Source: a virus (Duplodnaviria > Heunggongvirae > Uroviricota > Caudoviricetes). Taken from it: a stretch of DNA of 64,000 nucleotides. The position numbers were made by a program, and so were the translations under genes. The notes under the pieces were generated by a model. It was not told the DNA's origin and did no database searches. It saw only the letters and a program-made list of their open reading frames with translations. Numbering within the stretch: the first letter of the stretch is position 1; each line of letters opens with the position of its first letter. Location: IMG/VR virus record IMGVR_UViG_3300025913_000020, one strand, 5' to 3'. This document shows, in pieces, positions 1 through 9,336 of the stretch.

Positions 1-332
1 GCGTCCACGAGGATGGTGACGGTTGGGTTGGTCGGTCCGATGAACTCCATGTAGGGGTTACGGCTTCCCGTTTGGTCGAGAGCGCAGGCCGCACAGATCG
101 GTTGGCGAGGTCCCGGCACCAGCGGTTCTGGTCCGATGGGAGCGTACGCGTCCGGGAGAATGACGACTTCTGATTTTCCTTCTTCCTTCGCGCCGTAATG
201 TTCACGCAGCGTGTCGCGGAAAAATTTGTCAACGCCTTTGTAGTTGACCGTAGTTCCGTCTTCGAGACGAAAGATTACCTTTGGTTTTGCTGGTTTTCTT
301 TTCTTCTCCACGACTGTTTCTTGCTCTGGCAT
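1..332 (-). CDS. Partial ORF running off the window; family-4 uracil-DNA-glycosylase-like N-terminus (possibly the UDG-like domain of a phage DNA polymerase)
   Basis: Manual translation from ATG at 332: MPEQETVVEKKRKPAKPK...PICAACALDQTGSRNPYMEFIGPTNPTVTILVDA, open to the window edge. The CxxCxL...G...V.I.V pattern resembles the family-4 UDG N-terminus. Not in the ORF track. Confidence 0.45.
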   Translation of the reverse strand, partial: MPEQETVVEKKRKPAKPKVIFRLEDGTTVNYKGVDKFFRDTLREHYGAKEEGKSEVVILPDAYAPIGPEPLVPGPRQPICAACALDQTGSRNPYMEFIGPTNPTVTILVD

Positions 333-339
333 ACGTCAA

Positions 340-355
340 AGAACGAAATCGTTCT
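340..355. promoter_or_regulatory. Bidirectional AGAAC-N6-GTTCT element between divergent genes
   Basis: AGAACGAAATCGTTCT; each GTTCT lies exactly 7 nt before a start codon (ATG 332 minus, GTG 363 plus). Confidence 0.5.
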
Positions 356-362
356 ATCATGG

Positions 363-1406
363 GTGGAACGACAAGCGATTGAAGCACCGAGAAGATGTTT
401 TGGCCTGGAGCAGAATCCAGAGAATGAGAATTGCCCGGCGTGTCCCCACCGAAAAGATTGTGAGAGTCTGATGGGACATTTGGTGGATCGCATCGAAGTG
501 GACAAAGCGCGGTTTCAACTAATCCCTCCAGGACTTATTAAGCGCCTGAACATTCCCGATGTTTATGATTGGGACCCCGACATGATGAACATCGAAAAGG
601 TTTACGCCTTCTGCCACAAATGGGTTTTCGGAATGGAGCCTTTGAGAAACATCGGTAATCATCGCAAGCTGATTCTCCGGCGCGTGCGCGAGGCTAATAC
701 TTCCATCAAGATGTTTTTCCTGGCGAACATGTTCGGCTGGAGGGAGAGCCGGGCACACCAGATATTCAGCCCAGTGGTCTTGACGAGGGATATGGCGGTT
801 GGTCAGGTAAAGACCTTTGCTTCGGTTTGTCACAACAAATACGGTGCGTTTGATACCAGCGGGCTTGACCTCCTGATGAAGTCCGAAGCTGCCACTCAGG
901 ACTTTGAAAGTCATTTGTTAAACTCCGAGATCGCGACAGGAAGCTGGATCGTCGGCTATAAGCTGTTTCACCAGGGGAATATCATCGAGAACATTTACCG
1001 GGAGATTGAGATCGAGCTGCATCCCTGGTGGCTGGCCACCGAGGAGTCTTACTTCAACCAGATTTTGAAACCGCATCTGGATAACCCGGATGCGTGCGAC
1101 GACCAGGTAATTAAAAAGCATCGCTGGAATGCGCTGCAAGTGCGCGGACGATTGTTGCGTGAACCTCGGCGCGCTTTGCACGTTTTTTCGCGCAGGCAAG
1201 TGGTGGCAAAAAACGCCATACTGAAAGTTTTGGGAATGCGCGGGCTAAGACCCGAGCACTTTTTAATGGAAGACATCCCCGTTGTAAACATGTTCAAGTT
1301 CTGGGCGCGCCTGGGCCAGGCGGTCCAGCACTACGAGTGCTTGAAATATGTTGAAGGTTTTCCGTCCGCGTTCGACGCGAAAATTCGTTCTGCCTTAACA
1401 CTCTGA
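363..1406 (+). CDS. Hypothetical protein with N-terminal 4-Cys motif, possibly replication-associated
   Basis: Long ORF (track start 198 overlaps the divergent gene, so GTG 363 preferred); CFG...CPACPHRKDC; 2 nt upstream of the DnaB-like gene. Confidence 0.6.
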   Translation: MERQAIEAPRRCFGLEQNPENENCPACPHRKDCESLMGHLVDRIEVDKARFQLIPPGLIKRLNIPDVYDWDPDMMNIEKVYAFCHKWVFGMEPLRNIGNHRKLILRRVREANTSIKMFFLANMFGWRESRAHQIFSPVVLTRDMAVGQVKTFASVCHNKYGAFDTSGLDLLMKSEAATQDFESHLLNSEIATGSWIVGYKLFHQGNIIENIYREIEIELHPWWLATEESYFNQILKPHLDNPDACDDQVIKKHRWNALQVRGRLLREPRRALHVFSRRQVVAKNAILKVLGMRGLRPEHFLMEDIPVVNMFKFWARLGQAVQHYECLKYVEGFPSAFDAKIRSALTL

Positions 1407-1408
1407 CG

Positions 1409-2830
1409 ATGTACGATAAATACAGCTTCACGACAGACCTTCAGGACGCAATTCTGGCGTGCATGGTGGCGCATCCCGCCAAATTCATGTCCTACCAGCA
1501 GACGCTCAACACCGCGTACTTCACCGGTGTCCAGAGAATTTCTGCTGCCCGAGCTATCTTCGCTTACTGGCGCAAGCACACCCGGTTTCCAAGTTGGGAC
1601 GTGCTGGCTGACGTGGTTTTCGACGCGATCATGCGGACCTCCGAGGAAAAGGAGTCGCAGTCGATCATGGAGTACGTCAACCGGCTGCGCGGCATGGACA
1701 CCGGCGACGCGGACTACGTGGCCAGCAAGGTCGTCGAATTCGCCAAGGAGCGGGCGCTGTACCTGGCGGTCAGTGAATCGGCCAAGGCTCTGGAAGCTAA
1801 TGAGACTCCGCCGAAAGGTTTCATCTCGCTGTTTGAGGACGCGTTGAAGGTCGGGCAGAACCTCGGCGACATGGGCTATATCATTGGCCCAGAGAAAAAC
1901 GACATCCAGAAGATCGTTAGTGAGTACACTGCTGAGGGCTACTCCATCTCCACAGGTTTTCCAGAGTTGGATAAAATCCTTCCGGCAGGCGGCATGGAGC
2001 CGGGATGGCTCATTTCTATTCTGGCTCCTCCGAAGCGATACAAGACGACTTTCTGCATCAACATGGCGATGCGGATCGCCGGGCGCGCCATCTCCAGGCC
2101 GGTGTTTTACTATCCCTGCGAAATCACGCAGAAGCTGGCCGGTGTGCGCGCTCTTTGTAACCTGACCGGTCTGTCGATGGATTACGTGCGTAAGAATCCC
2201 AAGCATTTCACGGAGTCAGCGCTGGCGGAAGCTGAGGACAAGCTTGGTGCAAGTCTGCTCATTAAAGGTTATCCATCTCGTGGTGCCACGATCAGTGGTG
2301 ACATCCGGCTGCACGCCATGAACTCGCGGCAGCAGCTCGGAATGGAGCCAGGGGCCATCTTCATCGACTTCGCGGAAACCGTGAAACCAAGCTCAGACCC
2401 CAAGCGGACGAGCGAGCACCGCGCCCAGGGTGAAATTTATATCGAGGCCCGCGCCCTGGCGGCAGAGATGAATTGCCCTGTGATCCTGCCGGATCGTTGC
2501 AACAAGGAAACAGTCGGACGCGCCGTGCCGAGCATGAAAAGCTTTCAGGGCAGCTTCGAGAAGGCAGGTATCGTGGATTTGGCGATTGGCCTGTGCTCCT
2601 CAGAGGAGGAGTACATGATGAACGTCATCCGCTACTTTGTGTTCCTCAACCGCCACGGTGAAGCTAATCAGCACTTTCGCGGTACGATCACGGCCAAGAC
2701 CATGACGATGACTATGGACGAGAAGATACCGTGGAATCCAGAGGACGAAGACAATGACGGAGGGAGAGAGGGCGGCGGCCACAGGAGAAGGGGACCACGC
2801 AGACCGCCGCCCGAGAGGATCGACGAATGA
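1409..2830 (+). CDS. dnaB: DnaB-like replicative helicase
   Basis: N-terminal DnaB-like helical region; Walker A-like APPKRYKT, Walker B IFIDF, ARALAAEMNCPV, GSFEKAGIVDLAIGL, NRHGE motifs. Confidence 0.8.
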   Translation: MYDKYSFTTDLQDAILACMVAHPAKFMSYQQTLNTAYFTGVQRISAARAIFAYWRKHTRFPSWDVLADVVFDAIMRTSEEKESQSIMEYVNRLRGMDTGDADYVASKVVEFAKERALYLAVSESAKALEANETPPKGFISLFEDALKVGQNLGDMGYIIGPEKNDIQKIVSEYTAEGYSISTGFPELDKILPAGGMEPGWLISILAPPKRYKTTFCINMAMRIAGRAISRPVFYYPCEITQKLAGVRALCNLTGLSMDYVRKNPKHFTESALAEAEDKLGASLLIKGYPSRGATISGDIRLHAMNSRQQLGMEPGAIFIDFAETVKPSSDPKRTSEHRAQGEIYIEARALAAEMNCPVILPDRCNKETVGRAVPSMKSFQGSFEKAGIVDLAIGLCSSEEEYMMNVIRYFVFLNRHGEANQHFRGTITAKTMTMTMDEKIPWNPEDEDNDGGREGGGHRRRGPRRPPPERIDE

Positions 2831-3082
2831 TCAGGCTTTGGCTTTTTCGGCGCGGATCAGTCTCCAGCGTTTGCGCTGAGCTGCCGCGATCTTGCGACGG
2901 GCGCTGGCCGACATGGTGCGGGTCGGCGCGATGATGTTGGGAGTGACACGAACTAGCTCGTTAAATTCGTGTTGCAGGCCGTCGATCTTTTCGCGCAGGT
3001 CGGCAGCTTGGCGCAGTTTAGCGGACGAGAGCGTCATGAGAATGTTGCCGTGTCCGTTGTGAGTTGTGGTCTTTGTTTTCAT
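2831..3082 (-). CDS. Small basic protein, putative nucleoid-associated/DNA-binding
   Basis: LRQAADLREKIDGLQ coiled coil plus MSASARRKIAAAQRKRW tail, a pattern recalled from Verrucomicrobia/Acidobacteria small basic proteins; own promoter upstream. Confidence 0.6.
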   Translation of the reverse strand: MKTKTTTHNGHGNILMTLSSAKLRQAADLREKIDGLQHEFNELVRVTPNIIAPTRTMSASARRKIAAAQRKRWRLIRAEKAKA

Positions 3083-3113
3083 TTATTTTGATGTGTATAA
3101 ACTACGGAGCAAA

Positions 3114-3142
3114 AAAGTAAACAAATTCGCTTTAACCGTCAA
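3114..3142 (-). promoter_or_regulatory. sigma70-like promoter
   Basis: Minus strand GGGTA-TTGACG-N17-TACTTT with TTGTTTAC overlapping the -10. Confidence 0.65.
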
Positions 3143-3193
3143 TACCCAAGTTGCATATTCGTCTCAGAGTATTTTAGTTCTACAAACCAACGT

Positions 3194-3796
3194 ATGGCAT
3201 ATTCTCAAAACAACGAAGAAGAAGTAATCCTCCAGTTACTCACTGAATCCGGCGTTTCTATTGGTCGTTTTCTGGATATTGGGGCTTACGACGGCAAGGC
3301 TTTCTCCAACACAATGCGTCTCACCGAACTCGGATGGGGCGGCGTTTGCGTCGAACCTTCACCCAGTGTATTTCCGGCTTTGATGAAGCTTCACGGTCAG
3401 AATCCGAACATTGACTTGGTCCAGGCGGCCATCAGCCCTTCCTCAACTCTGGTGGAGTTTTACGACTCAGGCGGGGACGCGATCTCTACTACTTCGGCGA
3501 ACCACCGGGACAAGTGGCAGCGGGGCTGGAACGTGAATTACACGAAGTTTTTTGTCTTCACCCTTCCGTTGTCCGTGTTGTTTGCACGCTTTGGATTCAA
3601 CTTCCAGTTCATCAACATCGACGTTGAGTCAACCAACTGGAGTATTTTCGAAAATCTTCCTTTCGCGCTGCTCACGGCGACACGGGTCATCTGTGTGGAG
3701 CACGACAACCACATTGACCAGATGGCCAGCCTGGCCGCGCCTTACGGTTATCGGATCGCGCACACAAATGGCGAGAACCTTATCCTGGCGCGATGA
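3194..3796 (+). CDS. FkbM-family SAM-dependent methyltransferase
   Basis: YSQNNEE, FLDIGAYDG..FSNT, GVCVEPSP, FINIDVE, VICVEH. Confidence 0.85.
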   Translation: MAYSQNNEEEVILQLLTESGVSIGRFLDIGAYDGKAFSNTMRLTELGWGGVCVEPSPSVFPALMKLHGQNPNIDLVQAAISPSSTLVEFYDSGGDAISTTSANHRDKWQRGWNVNYTKFFVFTLPLSVLFARFGFNFQFINIDVESTNWSIFENLPFALLTATRVICVEHDNHIDQMASLAAPYGYRIAHTNGENLILAR

Positions 3797-4482
3797 AAGT
3801 CATCAGTTTTTCTGCCTGGGGCCGCGATCCTGCCTTTTATCAGGGCGCTTTGGCTAACGTTGAGCTGGCGAAGAAGATTTATCCCGATTGGACGTGTTGG
3901 TTTTTCGTGGATCACGACACGCCGTTGAGCATGGTTACGCCCCTCATCGACAACGGGGCCATGGTCTATTGGCGAAGCATTATGAGTGGACCATGGGAGG
4001 GGCTGTTTTGGAGGTTCGAGCCGATCTCTGATCCGTTCGTCACGCACACGATCGTACGGGACTGTGACAGCCGGGTGAATCCCAGAGAAGCTGCTGCCGT
4101 CGCTCAGTGGCTCGCGTCTGGCAAGATGTTTCACGTCATGCGTGATCATTACGAGCACAACGTTCCCATCATGGGCGGAATGTTCGGATCGCTGCACTGG
4201 CCTCTGATGGAGACCTTCATGAAGGAGTGGAAGGATTTCGGCAGCAAAGGCTGTGACCAGCGTTTTCTGGCTGAGCGCGTGTGGCCTACCGTTAAGCGTT
4301 CTACTATCGGGCACGACCGCTACGCTCAGGGGCTTTCCATGCCAAACCGCGACGGAGTTGGCACATACGAGTATAAGCCGCTGGAACAGTTGGGTGATCA
4401 CGACCTGCGGTTCTTTCCAGACCATGACATCTTTGATCCGGTTGTGTTTGGAGAACACGTCGGCGCACGCGTAGGAATCTGA
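3793..4482 (+). CDS. Glycosyltransferase-like protein
   Basis: KVISFSAWG...GALANVELAKKIYPDW, WRF, IVRDCDSR (DxD), HVMRDH, IMGGMFG, DQRFL; within the glycan cluster. Confidence 0.6.
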   Translation: MKVISFSAWGRDPAFYQGALANVELAKKIYPDWTCWFFVDHDTPLSMVTPLIDNGAMVYWRSIMSGPWEGLFWRFEPISDPFVTHTIVRDCDSRVNPREAAAVAQWLASGKMFHVMRDHYEHNVPIMGGMFGSLHWPLMETFMKEWKDFGSKGCDQRFLAERVWPTVKRSTIGHDRYAQGLSMPNRDGVGTYEYKPLEQLGDHDLRFFPDHDIFDPVVFGEHVGARVGI

Positions 4483-5081
4483 TGAATCACAGGTACAAAT
4501 TTCGTGTTGATGACATCAGCCTGAACACTGACGCTCTCAAACTGGCGGCGATGATCGCCTTCCTTCAGGATTACTTTGGTCCTGAGTGGGTTGAGGTTGA
4601 ACTGGCTGTTTCACCGGCAGTGTTCGACATGTCGAACTACGAGGGCCTGGAGAAGGAGCGCGCTTTCCCGGCCACTTTGAATCGTGAAGCGGACTTTCGG
4701 AAGTTTTACCGGGTGGAGAAAGTTGGCGTTCCTGAGTTTATCTGGGAGTACCGAAGCAAAGGGCCTTTTTTCACCATCTCAGCTCATGGCATGGTCCACG
4801 TCGATCATCGCCTGCTGTCAGGGAAGGCCCAAGAGCTGAGCATCGTGACTTCCTGTGCGCTGACGAAATCAGATTCGTTCGTTCCTCCGTTCCACAAGTG
4901 GAATGAGAAAACCGAAGCCGCGTGCCAAAGGAACCGAATCCATCTGGAGAAGCTGGAGTCCGTGAACACGAGCCACCTGCTGTACCACAAGTTTGATCCT
5001 AACACCTACCACTATTACTTCCACACCCATGACTTCACCTACGAACAATTCGTCCAGCGTTTTTCATCGCCTCCTCATTGA
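4482..5081 (+). CDS. Polysaccharide-deacetylase-like (NodB/DUF2334-type) protein
   Basis: FRVDD N-terminal motif, HGMVH, FVPPFHKWN, FHTHD. Confidence 0.5.
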   Translation: MNHRYKFRVDDISLNTDALKLAAMIAFLQDYFGPEWVEVELAVSPAVFDMSNYEGLEKERAFPATLNREADFRKFYRVEKVGVPEFIWEYRSKGPFFTISAHGMVHVDHRLLSGKAQELSIVTSCALTKSDSFVPPFHKWNEKTEAACQRNRIHLEKLESVNTSHLLYHKFDPNTYHYYFHTHDFTYEQFVQRFSSPPH

Positions 5082-5676
5082 CGAGAATGGCATTGATAAA
5101 GCCACTGGTTTTAGTCAGGAGGGTCAGGACCAGCGCTTTCGCGTCATTCTCAATCGGTGTCTTCGCACGCCCATAACCGGTAAGAAGATTCTGGATTACG
5201 GATGCAACGTAGGCGGTCTCCTGGATTACGTCTGGCCGCACGGAGAGTATCCGGTTCAGTTAGATTATACCGGTGTTGATCTCGTGCCTGAGTTTTTGGT
5301 GAGGCTTAAAGATAAGTTTCCAACAGCCAAAACGTTCGTGGGCACGGTTTCCGATGATGACGATTTTGCTCATCTCAAGAGTCAGGGGCCTTACGATTAC
5401 ACGATTGCTTCAGGGGCTTTTTGCTACGCAGATCAAAAATCTGAGCACAAGCTGATGTTGCAAAGGCTGTGGGAGTTGACCTCGGACACTCTGGTCGTGA
5501 ATTTTCTGAGCAGCTATGTTTCGACTGAACGACGCACGTCGAAGATCGTTCATGTTTTGTATCCGCCGTATTTCGGCATCGTGGTGGCTGAGAGTTTGAG
5601 CTGCAAGTTTTTCACCTTACAGCACGACTACCGGGAAAATGATTTCACATTGACGCTCTATCGAAAATCAGCATGA
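5029..5676 (+). CDS. Class I SAM-dependent methyltransferase
   Basis: GQDQRF, ILDYGCNVG, YTGVDL, YDYTIASGAF, VVNFLS, HDY..NDFTL. Confidence 0.8.
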   Translation: MTSPTNNSSSVFHRLLIDENGIDKATGFSQEGQDQRFRVILNRCLRTPITGKKILDYGCNVGGLLDYVWPHGEYPVQLDYTGVDLVPEFLVRLKDKFPTAKTFVGTVSDDDDFAHLKSQGPYDYTIASGAFCYADQKSEHKLMLQRLWELTSDTLVVNFLSSYVSTERRTSKIVHVLYPPYFGIVVAESLSCKFFTLQHDYRENDFTLTLYRKSA

Positions 5677-6239
5677 GGGTCGCCATCCATCAGCCCAACT
5701 TCATGCCCTGGCTGCCATTTTTTGAGAAGATGGCTGCGGTGGATCGGTTCGTGATTCTTTCCCGTTGCCAGTTTGAGAAGGGAAAGTACCAGAATCGCTT
5801 TCGATTCAATGAGGCGTGGTACACCATGAGTGTTAATCACGGGATGGACCCGATCATTGAAAAAGTTTACACGCGCCCGCAGGAGGACTGGCAGAAGATT
5901 AAAACTCGCCTGCCCCAGTTCGAAAAAGTCTTCGGCCAGTTTGACGAGTGCATCGGTCACCGGCTTTGGCTGACCAATTTCAGGATCATTTTGAAAATGG
6001 CGAAGATGTTGGGGATCACGACCGAGATCATTCTCGATCCCATCACTTCGTTAAAGGGCACCGACCGTCTGGTTGAGATTTGCCGGGCGCTGGAAGCCGA
6101 TACCTATCTGGCCGGGCAGAGCGGGGCGCACTACATGGAACCAGAGAAGTTTGCCGCTGCTGGCATCAAAGTGGAAAATCAGGACCTGTCGAAGGCTGAC
6201 AAACGTCATTCTCTGGAAAAGCTGCATGAACTCATTTGA
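5673..6239 (+). CDS. wbqC: WbqC-family protein
   Basis: VAIHQPNFMPWLPFFEKM..VDRFV, QFEKGKYQNR, TDRLVEIC..L.AD.YL.G..G..Y. Confidence 0.85.
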   Translation: MRVAIHQPNFMPWLPFFEKMAAVDRFVILSRCQFEKGKYQNRFRFNEAWYTMSVNHGMDPIIEKVYTRPQEDWQKIKTRLPQFEKVFGQFDECIGHRLWLTNFRIILKMAKMLGITTEIILDPITSLKGTDRLVEICRALEADTYLAGQSGAHYMEPEKFAAAGIKVENQDLSKADKRHSLEKLHELI

Positions 6240-7011
6240 TCGTGTTATTTTAAGCTGTGATCCAAATCCAAAGTTCTTGGATTTCTGGCCGGTGGTGGCG
6301 CAGGCATGGCAGAAGCTTTTCGGCGTCTCGGTCCGTCTGGCTTTGGTTGCGGACATCAAGGCTTTTCCGGCACCGCAACTTTACGCTTACGGGCCGGTAG
6401 ATTATCTCCCGCCTGTTGAAGGCATCCCCGTAGCCAACCAGGCGAAGGTGGCGCGCTACTGGGTGGCTGCCGCTATGCAGGACGATCACGTCACGATGAT
6501 CAATGACATCGACCTGCTGCCTCTTTCCAAAGACTACGTGAATACGCTTTTGGGGAATCGTCCCAAAGGCACTCTGGTCACTCTGGGAGCAGAGCTGTAT
6601 CGAGGCGTGGAAAAGGGCAAGCACATGGCCGGTTACCTCACGGGGGAGACGAGCGTGTTCAAGCAGATGGTGAATCCAAAGGGTCTCGGCTGGACTGACT
6701 GGGTGCGCAGCTTTTCAGGTCTCCAGCGCTTCGATCACAAGGAAGACATTTCCAATCCAACGAACAGCGAGAACCCGGATTGTTTCTCTGATGAGTCGCT
6801 GCTGCGCTATCTCCAGTGGATAAACCCGGTTCCTTTTGAGAATCGCCGTATGCCGTTCTGGCCGTACACCGAGCAGGCGCTCGACCGAGCTGATTGGAAA
6901 TTCGATGCGCAGAAATTGAAAGATGGTGTTTACAAAGAGGCGCACCTGCCGCGTCCGTATTCGGAAAACGTGGACAAAATCAAGCCTCTTACTGACTACC
7001 TGGGAATATGA
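6226..7011 (+). CDS. Glycosyltransferase-like protein
   Basis: RVILSCDPNPKFLDFWP, QAKVARY, MINDIDLLPL (DxD), SDE motif; start re-placed at ATG 6226. Confidence 0.55.
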   Translation: MNSFDRVILSCDPNPKFLDFWPVVAQAWQKLFGVSVRLALVADIKAFPAPQLYAYGPVDYLPPVEGIPVANQAKVARYWVAAAMQDDHVTMINDIDLLPLSKDYVNTLLGNRPKGTLVTLGAELYRGVEKGKHMAGYLTGETSVFKQMVNPKGLGWTDWVRSFSGLQRFDHKEDISNPTNSENPDCFSDESLLRYLQWINPVPFENRRMPFWPYTEQALDRADWKFDAQKLKDGVYKEAHLPRPYSENVDKIKPLTDYLGI

Positions 7012-7235
7012 CGAAAGATGATAAGTTGACATTGTTTTTAGGACAGCTCGCAGATCGCAGAGATGAGCTGGACCCGAAGCCGTCTGTTAAGGAATATGGT
7101 TTTGCCGATGACTGCCGATTCGCTATGAGCCTGTCTCCGCGAATGCGTGATTATGCCCTGGCGATCTTCGAGAAGTACGGGAAGCAGCTTGGCTGGCGCT
7201 CGCTTGACGAGCCTCCGCGCCCTCAGAGACGATAG
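7008..7235 (+). CDS. Hypothetical protein (TAG-terminated)
   Basis: ATGA overlap with the upstream gene, inside the operon. Confidence 0.6.
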   Translation: MTKDDKLTLFLGQLADRRDELDPKPSVKEYGFADDCRFAMSLSPRMRDYALAIFEKYGKQLGWRSLDEPPRPQRR

Positions 7236-7238
7236 CCC

Positions 7239-7751
7239 ATGTTTTTCAACTACCAGGATTTTTACGCGCAGGTTGCGGCTCGTGCCGACTTCAAGACATT
7301 CGTGGAGCTTGGAGTTTACGCTGGTGATTCGCTGGCCTTCCTGCACAGCGAGCTTGAGAAGCGCGGCACTCCGTACACTCTTTGCGGGATCGACCTGTGG
7401 GAGGAGGGGTACGCAAGGACGGGTTATCATCGTCATCTGCCGCAAGGATTACGGCAAATGGTCGAGAAGCGATTTGAAGATGCGAAGTCAGTGTTCCTCG
7501 TCCAGGATGAGTCAGCAGCGGCTGCTAGTCGTTTCACTGACCAGTCGGTTGATTTCGTATTCATTGATGCGAATCACAGCGAGGAATTCGTTACGCGTGA
7601 CATCGCGGCGTGGCTGCCCAAAGTCAGACCTGGAGGAATGATCTCAGGTCACGACTTTCGTGAACCCTGCGGAGTGGAAGCGGCGGTCGTGAAGGCGTTC
7701 GGCGAAGGCAATTTTTCCGTGATCGGGACGGTCTGGCATAAAACCGTATGA
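7239..7751 (+). CDS. Class I SAM-dependent methyltransferase (Methyltransf_24-like)
   Basis: FVELGVYAGDS, GIDLW, VDFVFIDANHS, DI.AWLPKVRPGGMISGHD. Confidence 0.85.
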   Translation: MFFNYQDFYAQVAARADFKTFVELGVYAGDSLAFLHSELEKRGTPYTLCGIDLWEEGYARTGYHRHLPQGLRQMVEKRFEDAKSVFLVQDESAAAASRFTDQSVDFVFIDANHSEEFVTRDIAAWLPKVRPGGMISGHDFREPCGVEAAVVKAFGEGNFSVIGTVWHKTV

Positions 7752-8617
7752 AGTGGCTGGTTATTCAATCTGACGGCGCACACAAGGGGCAGGACTCCTG
7801 GACGCCGAACTGGTACCTGCGTGAATGCTACAGCCTGGCTGATGCGCTGCGCAGCCAGGGCCATCAGGCCGACATCTGGGGAGCGGGCCACGGTAATTTT
7901 CATGTTCCTCCTGATTTCAACTCTTACGACGGCATCCTGTTGGTTGAGAATTATGATTTCGGTTGGATGCCGGAGTTCAGCGAGATCACCAAGCCGATTA
8001 AGGTTCAATGGATCATCGACCTGCACACGCAACCCTGGTCAAATTATCTGCGCTGGAGCCGAGATATGGACATGGTGATGCACTCCTCCATTCGGATGCT
8101 GGAGGACTACGAGCGGCAGATGCCCAGTGCCAAGCACATCTGGTTTCCGAACGCCATTGACGACCGCTATTTCAATCTCGGAGTTGAGGAATTTCCGCGC
8201 ACCACCGACATCCTGTTCATTGGCGGCAAAGGGTCTCGGGAAAAGACTATCGACCGAATGGTGGCCGAGGCTGGCATGACGTACGGCTACGGCATCACGG
8301 GAGCGTCTTACATCGACGCTCTGCGCCGGACCAAGATCGGATTCAACAAAAATCTCTCCTGGGACATCAACTACCGGACGTTTGAGACTATCGCGTGCGG
8401 AGCTTGCCTCTTGACCGAGCGGGATTGGGACCTGGAAAAGCTCGGTTTCGTTGACGGAAAGAATTGTGTTCTTTACGAGAGCGACAGCGGGGCGGTCGAG
8501 CGGACCAAAGACCTGCTTGGCAGTGGACAATGGCAAGGAATTGCTCGCGGCGGTTTGGAGCTGGCTAAGAGGCACAGCTACACGGAACGAATAAAATTAC
8601 TGATCGGTCATCTATGA
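7748..8617 (+). CDS. CgeB-like (GT-B, Glyco_trans_1_2-type) glycosyltransferase
   Basis: WFPNAID, DILFIG, KIGFNKN...DINYRTFETIACGACLLTE, DGKNCVLY, HSYTERI. Confidence 0.8.
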   Translation: MKWLVIQSDGAHKGQDSWTPNWYLRECYSLADALRSQGHQADIWGAGHGNFHVPPDFNSYDGILLVENYDFGWMPEFSEITKPIKVQWIIDLHTQPWSNYLRWSRDMDMVMHSSIRMLEDYERQMPSAKHIWFPNAIDDRYFNLGVEEFPRTTDILFIGGKGSREKTIDRMVAEAGMTYGYGITGASYIDALRRTKIGFNKNLSWDINYRTFETIACGACLLTERDWDLEKLGFVDGKNCVLYESDSGAVERTKDLLGSGQWQGIARGGLELAKRHSYTERIKLLIGHL

Positions 8618-9330
8618 ATAAAACCTGTGTTATCAATTTTGCAAAGGGCGCGTGGTATCCTCGTGGCCAGGCGCGCCTGGGCCAGTCTCTGAAGGATGTT
8701 GGCTACGACGGAGACTATTACCCCTGGAACGATGAGCGGACGCTTTTGGTGCCTCCGCATGAGATGCAGCCGTATGCCTTCAAGATCGGTGCTTTCCAGG
8801 AGGCCAAGCGCCTCGGTTATCGAAGGATTCTCTGGTGCGACGCCGCCGTCTTTGCCATCAAGTCCATTCAGCCGATCTTCGATCACATCGAGCGCGAGGG
8901 TCACCTTTTTTTCCAGAGCGGATTCAACTGCGCCCAGTGGACGAGCGACGTGTGCCTGAACACCATGGGCGTCAGCCGGGACGAGGCGGAGAAGATGACC
9001 ATGTACATGGCGTGCTGCATGGGTCTCAATCTCGATCATCCACGGTCAGTCGAGTTCCTGGATCGTCTGACGCATTACTCCATGACCGGCGTCTGCCTGC
9101 CGGGCGCTTGGCGCAACGAGAATCACGAAGTCTCGATGGACCCGCGCTGCCAGGGCCACCGTCATGACCAGAGCATCGGCAGCATTGTGGCCGCGCAGCT
9201 TGGCATGGAGGTCATTGTGGCGCATCACAGCTATTTCGCCTATTACACGAAAGGCGTTTATCAATACGGACAACCAAACGATATGACGGACATCAAAGAC
9301 AGTGTCGTCATGCTAACACAAGGAATGTAA
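8614..9330 (+). CDS. Glycosyltransferase-like (nucleotide-diphospho-sugar transferase fold) protein
   Basis: PYAFKIGAF, ILWCDAA, HRHDQS motif. Confidence 0.55.
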   Translation: MNKTCVINFAKGAWYPRGQARLGQSLKDVGYDGDYYPWNDERTLLVPPHEMQPYAFKIGAFQEAKRLGYRRILWCDAAVFAIKSIQPIFDHIEREGHLFFQSGFNCAQWTSDVCLNTMGVSRDEAEKMTMYMACCMGLNLDHPRSVEFLDRLTHYSMTGVCLPGAWRNENHEVSMDPRCQGHRHDQSIGSIVAAQLGMEVIVAHHSYFAYYTKGVYQYGQPNDMTDIKDSVVMLTQGM

Positions 9331-9336
9331 ACAATT

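Noticed and set aside
340-355. GTTCT/AGAAC pairs as LexA (SOS) boxes
   Set aside because: Spacing and orientation (GAAC-N6/8-GTTC, mostly single half-sites) do not fit GAAC-N4-GTTC, GTTC-N7-GTTC or TGTTC-N4-GAACA.
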